64,000 nt of DNA from Eledone cirrhosa. Lineage: Eukaryota. Positions 1 to 12,500 of this stretch are shown in pieces (the stretch's first letter is position 1; every line of letters begins with the position of its first letter). Made by a program: the position numbers and the translations under genes. Location: contig OZ024741.1 in NCBI GenBank assembly GCA_964016885.1, positions 178,064,001 to 178,128,000 on the forward strand, given 5' to 3'. A model generated the notes under the pieces. That model had not been told where the DNA came from. It ran no database searches and worked only from the letters and a program-made list of their open reading frames with translations.

Positions 1-47
1 TGTCTTAGTAACTTTGTGGTTCTATGCACGGGGATGCAGAACAATGA

Positions 48-335
<288 letters not shown>

Positions 336-666
336 CGTACATATATTTACAACATGCTTGATATATTCACTTTTAGTAATACTCTCCTTATAACACTTTG
401 CAATATTTTGATATCTTTTAACTGTAATATAATTTTGTTATTCTTGCTTTTCAATGTGATGTCACTGACACTGTTAATAATAATGTATCTTAATGAATGT
501 TTAAAAGACTAAGAATGTAATTACTTATTTAAACATTGGTTATGCCCCGATGAATGCAGGCAGTTGTCTGGAAGAAAAAATCGTCAGCAATTAAATGCAT
601 TAAACAAAAATTTGATTGTTTTTTGCATTTTGTATTTTGTATATATATATAAATACCTGTACATGT

Positions 667-729
<63 letters not shown>

Positions 730-744
730 CTTCCTCCCGTTTAG

Positions 745-1599
745 CTTGTGTGGGCCTCTTCTTGCTCACATCAACACGGTCTGTACCGCTCTCGCTCATG
801 AAATCCACCCAGATTATGCTGACCGGACAACCATGTTGCTTATTTATTGTCCTATCTTCGGTTTGCTTTTATCCTTCTATGTTGTTTACTTGTCCCCCTC
901 GCCTTACGCAAATTCTGGTTCCAATAACTTTTTTTAGTTATTGCTCGCACCAACCTGAGGTATTTGATTTTTAATGCGATGAAATACCAATGATGGTTGG
1001 AAAATCACTGAATAAGGACTATTTTTATCATATGTAACCCATGTGCAAACCACGCAGTATTCTTCTTTCTTCTCATGTTTTTTATATACATTTACCTCGG
1101 CTGCGTTTGTCTGTTTCTCTCTTACTGCTTCCTCGCTCTCTCTGTTCTCTCACCTTCTTTCGCTCCCTCTGTCAGTTACACTTTTTCTCGACTGACCTCT
1201 TCCTGACATTTCCTCTCACTCACTCTCTGTTTCTCCCCTTCTCACTTCCTCCCATTTGGCTTGTGCGGGTCTCTTCTTGCTCACATCTCAAACACATCAA
1301 AACGGTCTGTACCACTCTCGCTCATGAAATCCACCCAGATTATGCTGACAGGACAACCATGTTGCTTGTTTATTTTCCTATCTTCGGTTTGCTTGTATCC
1401 TTCTATGTTGTTTACTTGTCCCCCTCGCCTTACTCGAATTCTGGTCCCAATAACTTTTTTTAGTTATTGCTCGCACCAACCTGAGGTATCTGATTTTTAA
1501 TGCGCTGTGATACCAATGATGGTTGGAAAATCACTGACGAAGGACTATTTTTATCATATGTAACCCATGTGCAACAACGCAGTATTGTTCTTTCTTCTC

Positions 1600-1601
<2 letters not shown>
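745..1601 (+). repeat. Direct repeat, ~330 bp units (745-1075 and 1260-1601)
   Basis: Both copies contain CTCGCTCATGAAATCCACCCAGATTATGCTGAC...AGTATT..TCTTTCTTCTCAT, and the ORF track shows the same spurious peptides twice. Confidence 0.9.
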
Positions 1602-1644
<43 letters not shown>

Positions 1645-1650
<6 letters not shown>

Positions 1651-1790
1651 ATATTTGGGGAGAGTCATATTTGCGTAATATTGCCAGAATTAATAACAGA
1701 ACACACTCACTGTTTGGTTGGTTTTCGCTTCTCGCTGTCTTTTATATATATATATCTGCGATCTAACTTACTCGGTCCTCAATGTCGCCA
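1645..1790 (-). mobile_element. Inverted copy of the 3' terminal (pseudo-LTR) region of the Penelope-like element at 8795-8934
   Basis: Reverse-complement match to TGGCAACATTGAGGACCG...GACAGCGAGAAGCGAAAACCAACCAAACAGTGAGTGTGTTCTGTTATTAATTCTGGCAATATTAC. Its 3' end abuts (TA)n. Confidence 0.8.
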
Positions 1791-1849
1791 GATAAACGTT
1801 TGTAATATGTTCAATATGTTCCATTCGTCGCAACACTGATTCTCTTTGT

Positions 1850-1942
<93 letters not shown>

Positions 1943-2074
1943 CTTACATTATTATTAACAGTGTCAGTGACATCAAATCGAAAAGCAAGAATAACAAAAT
2001 TATTTTACAGTGAAAAGATAGCCAAATATTGGAATGTGTTATAAAGAGGGTATTACTAAAAGTAAATATATGAA

Positions 2075-2118
<44 letters not shown>

Positions 2119-2225
2119 GTGTGTGTGTGTGTATGTGTGTGTGTGCGTATGTGTATGTGTGTGTGTGAGTGTGTGTGTTTGTGTGTGTAAACATGTCTGT
2201 ATACGGATATATGCGTGTTTTATTT

Positions 2226-2326
2226 ATAATTGTTTCTACTTTAGGCACAAGGCCAGCAATTACCCAGTGCATCACTGGCACTCTATTTTTCTACCCCGTA
2301 AGGGGTCGATAAAATAAAGTCCCAGT
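2226..2326 (-). mobile_element. SINE 3' half that folds back into a plus-strand copy of its own core
   Basis: AATTGTTTCTACTTTAGGCACAAGGCC... (minus-strand SINE tail) runs into AAGGGGTCGATAAAATAAAGTCCCAGT (plus-strand core). Confidence 0.75.
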
Positions 2327-3985
2327 TTCTAAGAGAAAAATGTCAAACATTTTGGTAGACCTCTGCCATATCCAGTATCTCCAGCCACCCCATTTTTTTA
2401 GCCCTACGTCAGCCATTATTGCGTAGACCATCTGCAAAGAAGTAAAATACGTCTTCCTTTTTTAGAATTATTGTACCTACGATTAAATTCATTATTCAAT
2501 ACATCAGTCGCAATCATACAATCAGCGGTTGATTATTTCCTTTAAATATAACTCGTATACACATATTTCAAGCTAATACGTCCGATGACTCTAAATCTTT
2601 GCTTAGTTTATTCATAACTCAAATACCCCAAACGAACAAAAAGCGACAAATAGTATCTTTACACAACGTTACAAACCAAGATTTTCAAATGCGACATCCT
2701 TTTCAAATAAGAAGAGGACTATTTTGAATAATAAAGATACTTTTCAAGCAATCTAAACAAATTTATTCCGTCGGAAAATGATGTAAACCAAATAAAATCA
2801 AACTAGATGCAGCTAACTGTAGCAGTAGATGTATTTTTAATGGAATTGTGGGGAACGAATGGATTTAAATGCTGAAAAGTTTAAGACGGCCCAACGCAAC
2901 ATGAGGCGAAACTGAATAAAAGATAACTGTAATATTGGATACGATACTACATAACATCCACAACTGAAAAACTAATAAAATAATAAATTGCCGCATCACT
3001 GGCTAAAACATCGATAATATATCCATAAGCGATATACTGGAGAAGATAAACAGGTTACGGGTATCGTATGACCAGAAGAAATGTTGATTCACAAGGTTTC
3101 GAAATATCAAACTCATAAAACCACAAGGATAAATACTCAGCTAGTCAAAACTATCCAAATTAAAGCACAACAGATGGGCTACAAATGTTGATTTGAATAA
3201 TATATAACCAACGAAAGCCAAATGGAGGTAAATGAACACAATAAAAGATATACACGTTTTAGGAGTTAGTAATTAAATATGTGATGAATGTAAACATTTG
3301 AATTATAAGGTATCACAGAAGGATGAGAGAAAAGGTTAGATTTGTTGCGTCTAGGGATAAGGAATTTCTTGAATCTTCAAAGAATACTATATTTTGACAT
3401 TCAGGCCATTGAGTTTTCACTCAGAATGGAATAAAATGAAACAGCATACGAGAAATTAAATTTCTATGGACGCCACGTGTGTATAAAATCAAAATTAATG
3501 ATTGCTGTACAAGGATAGCAAAATTAATATGTAGTCTAGAAAAAGAAATATTGTATTCAGTTAAACGATATTTTAGACAGTTTTTATATACTAAATATCA
3601 AAACACATATCAAATCTTTGGTATAATTATCTTATATCTCTATTTATGACACAGCCAATGATGAGTGTCAGCAATAAATTAATAATTGTTCCACTTACAG
3701 AGGATTTATTGTCAGGTTATGTTATGAAATGTACGCTCATAATTTATCTTAACATACTCTTATCAATTCATATAATATTAGTGTAAGCCTTATAATATTC
3801 AAGAGAGACACCAGGATGTAACTCATTATAAACTCATTAAATATAACTATATCAGAAGATTGTTTAGATTATTAACTCTTAAATTGAATCGGGTTGAGGA
3901 CAATTGGAAAAAAAATGATGCGAAGGTTTTAAATGAATTCTAGCAAATGATAGGAATTCAGAATGCGATTTGTAATGCTGTGAAT

Positions 3986-4054
<69 letters not shown>

Positions 4055-4359
4055 AAAGTAGGGACTCCGATGGGTGAGCTCTTGCGGGTTGTCTCAACAG
4101 CCAATTCCAGACTGATTGCCAGATCTTGGCGGGTAACTGGCTGTATCATGAGGCGGAGTGGTTTGTCCAAATAAGGGCATATATTATTTATCCAATTGAA
4201 AAATCTCTTCACAGTGATTTTGCTTATAGTGAGGGAGTTGCTGTGTGTGACTGTGTGTATAGATATCTGGCTTAGTTAGTGTTTATATTAATATATGCGT
4301 CTATATGTGCATCCAAGTGTATCTCCTTGGTCAACTTGATATAGAATAATCGTGAAAAC

Positions 4360-4394
<35 letters not shown>

Positions 4395-4516
4395 GGGGAG
4401 AGAGAGAGGGAGAGAGAGGGGTATAATACTGGAAGGTAATATCCGTAGTGGTAGAGCACTCAGTCCCTGGAACGCGAGTTCGGTAGAAGTAGTAACACAA
4501 AAGTTAGTTCACCATA

Positions 4517-4557
4517 CCAAGAACAATTGTTTCAACTTATGCGGATCTTCAGCTCTG
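4517..4557 (-). ncRNA. Minimal type I hammerhead ribozyme motif (core intact, stems imperfect)
   Basis: Minus strand reads CAGAG-CUGAAGA-UCCGCAUAAGUU-GAAA-CAAUUG-UU-CUUGG. Confidence 0.6.
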
Positions 4558-4921
4558 ACTGGTCATGGTTATACGGAACAGGAAGAACTACCGTATGAAT
4601 CCGCATGCGCAAGGACGGTCACTTCACGCAAGCGATGTGGCGAAAGGTGTAAAGGAGATAACTGGGAAAGTCTGGAAAAGTGTTGATTAGAAAATTAGAA
4701 TGTTGATGTTATTCAATCTGGAGCTTTGTAGTTATGCAAACTCCGGTTTGAATAACAACAACATTCTAATCTTCTAATCAACTCGAACCTCTTTTCCGAA
4801 CTGTCACAGTTATCTCCCTACAACTTTCGCCCGTGGTATTGTACCGCTTGGGTGAAGTGACCGTTTCTGGGCATGCGTGTTCATACGGTTGTTCTTCCTG
4901 TTCCGTATAACCATGACCAGT

Positions 4922-4962
4922 CCGAGTTGGAGATCCGCATAAGGTGAAACAATTGTTCTCGG
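4922..4962 (+). ncRNA. Degenerate minimal hammerhead (stems intact, core mutated)
   Basis: CCGAG-UUGGAGA-UCCGCAUAAGGU-GAAA-CAAUUG-UU-CUCGG. Stem I CCGAG/CUCGG is perfect, but CUGAAGA has become UUGGAGA. Confidence 0.55.
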
Positions 4963-4986
4963 TATGGTGAACTAACTGTTGTGTTA

Positions 4987-5091
<105 letters not shown>

Positions 5092-6775
5092 GAGAGAGAG
5101 AGAGAGAGAGATTTGGTATTCACAGTTTTCGAAGTATCTTTGTAGCTAATGACAAACATTTAATATAATAGCACGATGAACAAGTTCATGATAAAATATT
5201 CATTGGCCTAATTCTTATCAATATTATTGTCATTCTGTTACACGTTATATTCACCCCAACAAAATTTCTGGCCAAACATATTATTTTATATTGGAATGCA
5301 TTGGGTTTTACATACATTTATACCAAATCTTTTCGCTATGTATCTACCATATTGCAGTATAGAAATTCTGACATTTAGAATAACACACAAAATATCACTA
5401 AATCCGTATATTTTCTATAGATAACTTTATATTACAATTTCTAAATAATATCACCGTTGTTTACAGGTTTCCGCGAGTCAATTACTGATTCATTGCCTTT
5501 AAAATAGCAAACGTGAGGGGGGGGGGGGTGATTAGTGTAAAGCACATCAAAGGTTGTAATCAAATATATAACACCTAGAAACTATATTAAATGTCAATGA
5601 TATTTCACATTAGAATACTGACACTGTACAACATAGTATTGGGCAATTTCCAAAGTATATCATCTAGACATGGTTGCCCAATGTAAATGTAAGATTGTTA
5701 TTATGACTATGTTTCATACAGTCATTACTGTACAACAATCAAGATTCTACTGATTCAAATGATACAATTCAGTTTGATATCAAGCAACGCTGTAACAGTA
5801 TATTTAATGAGCAATCTTATATTCACATTGCCTAGATAGATCTTTTTTGGCTTGCGCAAGAGACAGCTGTAATTATATGATGTCACCCATCCATTGTAAC
5901 TAGCTCACTGCATAGCGATTAGGATGTGTGACGTCTATATTCTAAGGTGGGCTGTATTTCGGGTACTGACTGTATATGTTAAGTAGTTTGCTCTGGCACT
6001 CCACACTAGCAAGCTGCTGATAGAAGAAGCCCCCATTGATGCATGGCTGCATTGAATCAATCGACACATGCGTGTAGCCGTTTCAGAGAGACCCAATCGC
6101 ACCGATAAAGGTTAGGGAGAGGGCCGTATTGAGATTAACATTGCATTGAGCAGGCTGAGATGTCTGTTAACTGCTAAATCTCTACATTTGAGACATTTTG
6201 AAATATGAGTCTCACAGCTTTGCTACGCGGGGAAGAAAATAGAGACATGACAACAAACGATATTAGCTTGTTGCTGAAATTCTCAGCCATATAGTTAAGC
6301 GGACGACCTGGATCTAATTAGCCCTTGCTCATCAACGCATGCATGTCATGCTCTGTGCAAAAGTGTGCAAGTGCAACGGTTGAGAGCACAAGCAAATACT
6401 CAGTTGGTATAGAGCAGAGACATATGGTGATAACCCATAAGTTGTTGTTTATAGCAGGATCTAGCTTCTTAATACGGGAGCCTCTACATCATGCATGTGA
6501 ATTGTACACCAAAACACTGTATACCAAGGCTAGGAGACTGGTGCGTAGGGTAGATATGTTAGAATCCCTTGATGAGCCTGAGAAGTGGCATAGAAGTTTG
6601 TTCCCCACGGAGACCTTTGCACATAAGGATTCTAGATGCTCTCTCTAGAGCAGTTGTCTGTCAAATCTCAAGGCATTGCAGAACACGTAGCTGGCGAAGA
6701 AGTCCAGCAGTAAGACTGAATCCAAGGTGCAATGCACATATATTAACTGCAAATACATACTTGCACATGCACCTA

Positions 6776-6823
<48 letters not shown>

Positions 6824-6889
6824 CAAGGTTTAGCAAATAAGAAAAAGTTTCAAAATAAATTTCAAAAATTCACTGTACTCACTATGGTT

Positions 6890-6953
6890 ACCTTTACCGA
6901 ATCGGTTTCGAGTCTCAAAAATAAATTGAAAAGATAAACTCTCGTCAGAAGGT
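6890..6953 (-). ncRNA. Type I hammerhead ribozyme with a complete canonical core
   Basis: Minus strand reads ACCUU-CUGACGA-GAGUUU[loop]AGACUC-GAAA-CCG AUU CGG-UA-AAGGU. All three stems pair and the cleavage triplet is GUA. Confidence 0.85.
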
Positions 6954-6965
6954 TCCTTTCACTCG

Positions 6966-8375
6966 GTGGTTCTTTTCATTGAACCACATTGGCACATGGT
7001 TGGACAATACATGTGTCCAAGAGAACTGCATGCGGTTGATGAAGTGTTGGATGTGTCTTTCCATTTCTGTTGGGTCGCCCAAAATGAGGGAGCAGCCATC
7101 GGCGTCAGCATAGCTGGTGATGTTGCCAACCTTTTCATGGTATGGTGGGAAAGGAGACTTAAAGATCTCCTTAATGAAATCTCCATAGACCTCATCATGT
7201 ACTCTCGTTATGTAGACGATATCAATATAGTTATAAGAACACCCCCACTAGAGAGCACTAACAAGTTTGATTTAGAACGTAGCACGATGGAAAGCATCCA
7301 TCAGATAGCTAATTCCATACACCAGAGTATAACTGTAACTATCGACTTCCCTTCCAAACACCCTAACAATAGACTACCTGTATTAGACACAGAACTCTGG
7401 ATTAACACTATAGACGAGAGAGCCCAAATTCTCCACTCACACTATGCTAAACCCATGGCCTCCAAATACCTGATACTCAAAAACTCAGCAATGTCCAGTA
7501 GTGCTAAGTTTAATATTCTGATCGCAGATTCGGTACGAGTGATGAAGAATGTGTCCAGCATGTGCGACCCAACAGAAATGGAAAGACACGTCCAACACTT
7601 CATCAACCGCATGCAGTTCTCTGGCTACAACCAAAGAGACAGAGTCAGAGTATACGAAGGAGCCATGGAAAAGTATTCTTATACTTTTCTATGGCTCCTT
7701 CGTATACTCTGACTCTGCCTCATAGAACTGGACATGAAAGGAATTTGCCCACTATACAGGAGCAAATCATGGAATAGCTTAGATAGGGCTAGACATAAGA
7801 TAGGGAAGGCCACATCATGGTACGACAACCAGAGATATCAGAGTGTCATGTTTGTGGACGCCACCCCTGGAGGGAAATTAGCTAACCAGTGTAGAAAGGC
7901 CCTGAGAAAGACCCACTTAAAAATAAAGGTGGTAGAAAAGCCAGGAACCACCATAAAATTCCTGATCAGCAAAACCTACCCTTTTAAGAAAACCCACTGT
8001 ACCAATAGGAAATGTATCATATGTAAGGTGAACCCCCGGATAAACTGTAAAACTAGAAACGTAGTCTATAGCATAAGATGTACAGAGGGTACTTGCAGAA
8101 ACATGACAACAACATACATAGGTGAGACAGCTTGTAGCATAGGTGAAAGGATAGACCAACACTGGGGGGGGGGGGACTAAAAGGACGAAAAAACGGGTCA
8201 GTACTATACGAACATGCTAGACAACAACATGACGGTAACATAGACAACATAGAAATAAGAATAATATCTAAACATAGGAATGACCCAGCAGATAGGCAAA
8301 TCAGAGAGGCCAGTGAAATAGAAATTAGAAGACCAAAGCTAAACAGAAAGAATGAGTGGAACAACAACAACACCC
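6966..8375 (+). pseudogene. PLE reverse transcriptase / GIY-YIG endonuclease pseudogene
   Basis: ORFs 6966-7712 and 7734-8180 plus the frameshifted C-terminus. Broken by two inverted duplications and a G-run. Confidence 0.88.
7641..7716. repeat. 36-bp-arm hairpin inside the PLE ORF
   Basis: AGAGTCAGAGTATACGAAGGAGCCATGGAAAAGTAT-TCTT-ATACTTTTCTATGGCTCCTTCGTATACTCTGACTCT, with one mismatch. Confidence 0.95.
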
Positions 8376-8684
8376 AAACAAACAACACTGACCTAAGAGA
8401 AGTATAAATAAGTAAATAAATAAAATAAAATAAAATAAGATAAATAAATACATACACAAGCACAATAACAACAAGCACATAAACACACACTAGTCACCCA
8501 GCAGACACAACACTATACACACTAGTCACAGAGCACACACAACACTGTACACACACGCAAACGCATGCGCAAAGAAGACAAAATAAAATAAACAAACAAG
8601 CAAATAAATAAATAAATATATAGACAGACTGAATAAAAAATGGCGTAGACATACAACACAACAGGAGGAAAAAATATAACACCA

Positions 8685-8712
8685 CTGACGATGTTGCAGA
8701 TGTGCAACGAAA
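8685..8712 (+). ncRNA. Partial hammerhead core in the PLE 3' pseudo-LTR
   Basis: CUGACGA-U-GUUGCA GAUG UGCAAC-GAAA. Stems I and III are not convincing, so it is probably decayed. Confidence 0.5.
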
Positions 8713-11052
8713 GATTTATGTAAATTATGTAAACTATATATATGTGTTTGTGTCTATATTGTATCTGTATTATTTTTGACCGTCGGTCAGTCAATGGCAA
8801 CATTGAGGACCGATTAAGTTAGATCGCAGATATAAAAGACAGCGAGAAGCGAAAACCAACCAAACAGTGAGTGTGTTCTGTTATTAATTCTGGCAATATT
8901 ACACAAATATGACCCTCCCCAAGTATAACAATATTTGTTTCGACACACGATTTCATATAAAAAACCTAGCTAAACTATATATATATATATATATATATAC
9001 ATATTCTAAGTGATTGCTAACCAGTGCGTCAGTAATTGTAAATGGATACTTGTTCATTTGTGTTGGAGGGCGTGTAAAGAGTTTATATGTCAAGTGATTT
9101 AAATTTACCAAATAATTTGACTGATATCTGTATATTTGGTATTCAAGTAACGTCAGATAACGCTGCTAGTTCAATGAAAATGTTTGATGCTATAAAAAGA
9201 ACTAGACAACATTATGTAGTTTACAATGCAGGTTATATTTATTAAGAATAGAAATGATTATATAAGTCGCTGTGTATCATATAGTAACCTTTATTACAGT
9301 AGCACATTTGCAACAACAGAACCTGCAATTAAATTTGCTTTTATCAAATTGTGATTCATTTCAATTCATTTAAATGCCATTACTTTAAAAAATTGTATTT
9401 CAAATATTGAGTAGAACGTCTTAATATATGAGTTATTTTTAATACGGTTGTATAATGATAGAGATATAAAGCACCACATCTTTCGAGCTTAAATATACAT
9501 TTACATTCGAGTAGATGTAATGGTTAGTTCTAATTGTTATGATATCTTAATAGAAACAATACGGTGTATGAGGCTTACGTTATAGCCTGAAATCTCTATT
9601 TCGTAACAATGTAATTCAAGTGTGCTCATTAAATTGACTTTCTCAGTGGGGTTTTCTTATGCCGAAAATCTACATGACCAGTATGCTACGTATAACCTAG
9701 ATTAAGAGACGTTATCATTGTACAATTACTGTATATCATTCAATGAATAAATAATTAGCTGTTAAAATCCAAACAATCCAAGTTTTCTTCAAATAATAAT
9801 GCTTTGTTTGGTGTGTATTTCATTTGATTTGATTTTCTATTCCAGTGTGATGGGAGATGATGTGTAAAAGACAAATTATTTGCAAAATATGACATACAAT
9901 AGCTTATTTACGAAATGTGTTATTTCGCAAGAGCTCAAATCTCAATAAAATTAGATCGAATCACTATTATTGCCCGGAGCAAATATGCCTTTTATAATGA
10001 CCGAAAACTTTCTAAAATACAGGAGTACTGTAAACGATGATATAGTGTATTCATTTTGAATGAGATATTCATAAGCATTAGTAATTTTGATAATATATTT
10101 TTATTTGTACAATAATTTTATATTTTCATTACAGAATTATATATTCTGTCCAACAGATAAAAATATCAGGAGAATATTGATAATTCATACGACATTAATA
10201 CAGTAAGTTGGTGTTGAAAGTGTTATTAGTAGAATTCATGTGCAACAAAATGACCAGTGAAGCGATTCCTGTAGGAATATTACTAGAGTTCTGTTAATAA
10301 GATAATTAAATTCTCTAGTCTGAAAATAAAAATAAAATTATGAAGATAACATAATAAAGGAAAGAAATGTATTAAAATTGATATCAGCAAATCTGCGAAC
10401 TATCGAACAGAATCTTATACTGTGTTGTTTAGTGAAATAAGGGGGAATACTTCAGATAATATTGTGTTTTGTGCAATTTTTGTATTTTTCTCCCTGTGGA
10501 AAGTTATAATAATCTATATGGATAAAAAAAACTGATAAGTCATTTAGACAGGGAGAGTGTGGGTGATACCATTTGATTGAATTACGATAAGTTACTTTCT
10601 TAGATATTATAAGATAAGAATCAAAATAGAATTGATGACAGATTTGCCGGTGATTTCCTTTTATATTGTTACCCTTTCTTTGTTGTCTTTTATTATCATT
10701 ACTATTCGTACAGGAAATGATTTCTTTTCATAGACTGATTTTTGTCTTACTTTCTCTGACAAATAATAAGTTGCCATAGTTAATATCAATTAAAAGGTAA
10801 GTTTTCACCGAATCCTTAACACATTATATTTAATCAGATTCCGTTAATGTACAATGTTTTGCCTGAATTCAATATTATCGTAAAGCAATCTATGTTTTAG
10901 TTCACATAGTTGGCACGTTGGCTAAAACATTATGGTTAGAGCAGAGAGAAGAAAAAAACATTCAGAGTTAATGCAATGTTAAAAACAGATTTGGAAGGAA
11001 TTTGTCATGCGGTTTAACACCAGCAACTAATGTTTGTCTCTTTGGTGAAGAC

Positions 11053-11241
11053 CGGTGGATTGGCAGTATCGGTAGAGGGTCGGACCCCATGCTTTGCAGC
11101 AAAGAGTTACGGTCCTTTATGGTCTGAGTTCAAATACCGCCGAGGTTAACTTTCCCTTTTATCCTTACGGGGTCGATAAAATAAAGTACCAGTAATGCAC
11201 TTGGATAATTACTGGCCTTGTGCCAAAAGTAGAAACAATTA
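11053..11241 (+). mobile_element. tRNA-derived SINE (Nin-domain-like core), full length
   Basis: A-box-like TGGCAGTATCGG, B-box-like GAGTTCAAAT, core TCCTTACGGGGTCGATAAAATAAAGTACCAG and tail GGCCTTGTGCCAAAAGTAGAAACAATTA. Confidence 0.85.
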
Positions 11242-12244
11242 TCACTTTCTAACCAGAAGAAACAATAGTCACGGCTGCATTGCTTCTAATCGTAGGTTTG
11301 CTGAGAGAAAATATGAACTGGGCCTAAACACTAGCAGCAGTTTTTTGAGGCAAACGCAACAACATCATTAACATCACGAATTGTAATAACAGAAATATGA
11401 AGACCTGATAGTAAGGAAGCAGAGAGAGACTGGCTGCGGATAATAGCTGAATTTGTGGATCGGCAGGCAAAAGAATCTGTGATGTATGTTACACCTTTTT
11501 CATCCCCCATTCAAATCCCGCTGGAATCACCTTGTTTTATATTGTTCCACCATTAATAGAATATACAGTGAATTACATATGATCAATATAGTCGTCTATA
11601 TACCCCCAAATCTTCTGATTTTGGAACTAATCGATATTAATGCAGACTGAATTGAAAATTACTGTTCAAAATATTCTAAAGCTAACAATGGAAATGGAAA
11701 CTTTGGCGACAAAAAAGAAAACATATTTACAAATACAAGCTGATAATTAAAATATTAGTCACTGACTAACATTTGCTTTTCATTAGCGCATAATTATTTT
11801 AAATCACATTATTAGTGTTCACCGCATTAAATATGTTAACACAAATATGGCTATTTTTATTGTTTTTTTTTTCCTTCTTCCGGGCGGTTTCACAGATGAA
11901 TTTAGTCTATGAAATCGGCTGATTTACTACAACACCAACTAATGTGTAATAGTGTATAATTCCTTAATGTTTCTTGCATCACATATTCGGAGAGTCCAAC
12001 AAAGTCTACTCATGTAGAGCTGTTTTAATGGGACATGCACTTGGCATATTTACATCTCAAAAACTGCAAAACTAGTTTATTATGTGCAGAATATTGAATA
12101 TTCTCTGTTGATATGATTGTTTTATTCATATTCCTTCATTGATTTCCATCATTAGATTGCGGCTGCCTTGGGACACCACGTTATATAGTTATTATAGTCG
12201 TTATAATAACTTCAGAATTTTTGTCTGGATCGTATTGTGTAGTG

Positions 12245-12500
12245 AATGCGCGTGGCCTGGTAGTTAAGGTGTTGGATTTAAGATCATAATGTCCAGGGTT
12301 TGAATCCTGGAAGAGGTGGTGCGTTGTATCATTAGTGGAAACATTTTAATTTCGTTTTTCCAGTACAATCAGCTGAAAAGGAGTACTAGCAGTAGTTGGA
12401 AATAATCTTGCGATGGCCTGGCGGGGAATTCTCGTTCTCTCACTAGCTCATCACCGATGAAACCAGGGATAAACATCATTCTAGTGACTTGGGACAGGCT
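12245..12500 (+). mobile_element. Older tRNA-derived SINE of a second family
   Basis: GCGTGGCCTGGTAGTTAAGG (A box) ... GGGTTTGAATCCTGG (B box), followed by a non-tRNA body. Confidence 0.5.

Larger units (their letters stand above)
354..2078. repeat. Inverted repeat pair, ~135 bp arms (354-488 and 1947-2078)
   Basis: ...TTGTTATTCTTGCTTTTCAATGTGATGTCACTGACACTGTTAATAATAATGTA on + recurs as its reverse complement TACATTATTATTAACAGTGTCAGTGACATC...GAAAAGCAAGAATAACAAAA. Confidence 0.85.
6960..8975 (+). mobile_element. 5'-truncated Penelope-like retroelement (RT + GIY-YIG endonuclease + 3' pseudo-LTR), disrupted
   Basis: RT motifs GAAIG..AGDVANLFM, YSRYVDD, PVLD and thumb HYAKP. Cys-rich linker, then NVVYSIRC...YIGET...ERIDQH. 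After a poly-G frameshift it continues RQIREASEI..RRPKLN. Ends at (TA)n. Confidence 0.9.

Noticed and set aside
9000-11000. Host gene exons in the AT-rich unique sequence, also 37.9-39.4 and 54.9-56.9 kb
   Set aside because: No convincing ORF or splice-bounded coding segment. Small exons cannot be excluded without transcript data.
11053-11140. tRNA gene suggested by A/B boxes, also at 12245 and ~4443
   Set aside because: No cloverleaf could be folded. The boxes are SINE heads or too degenerate to call.
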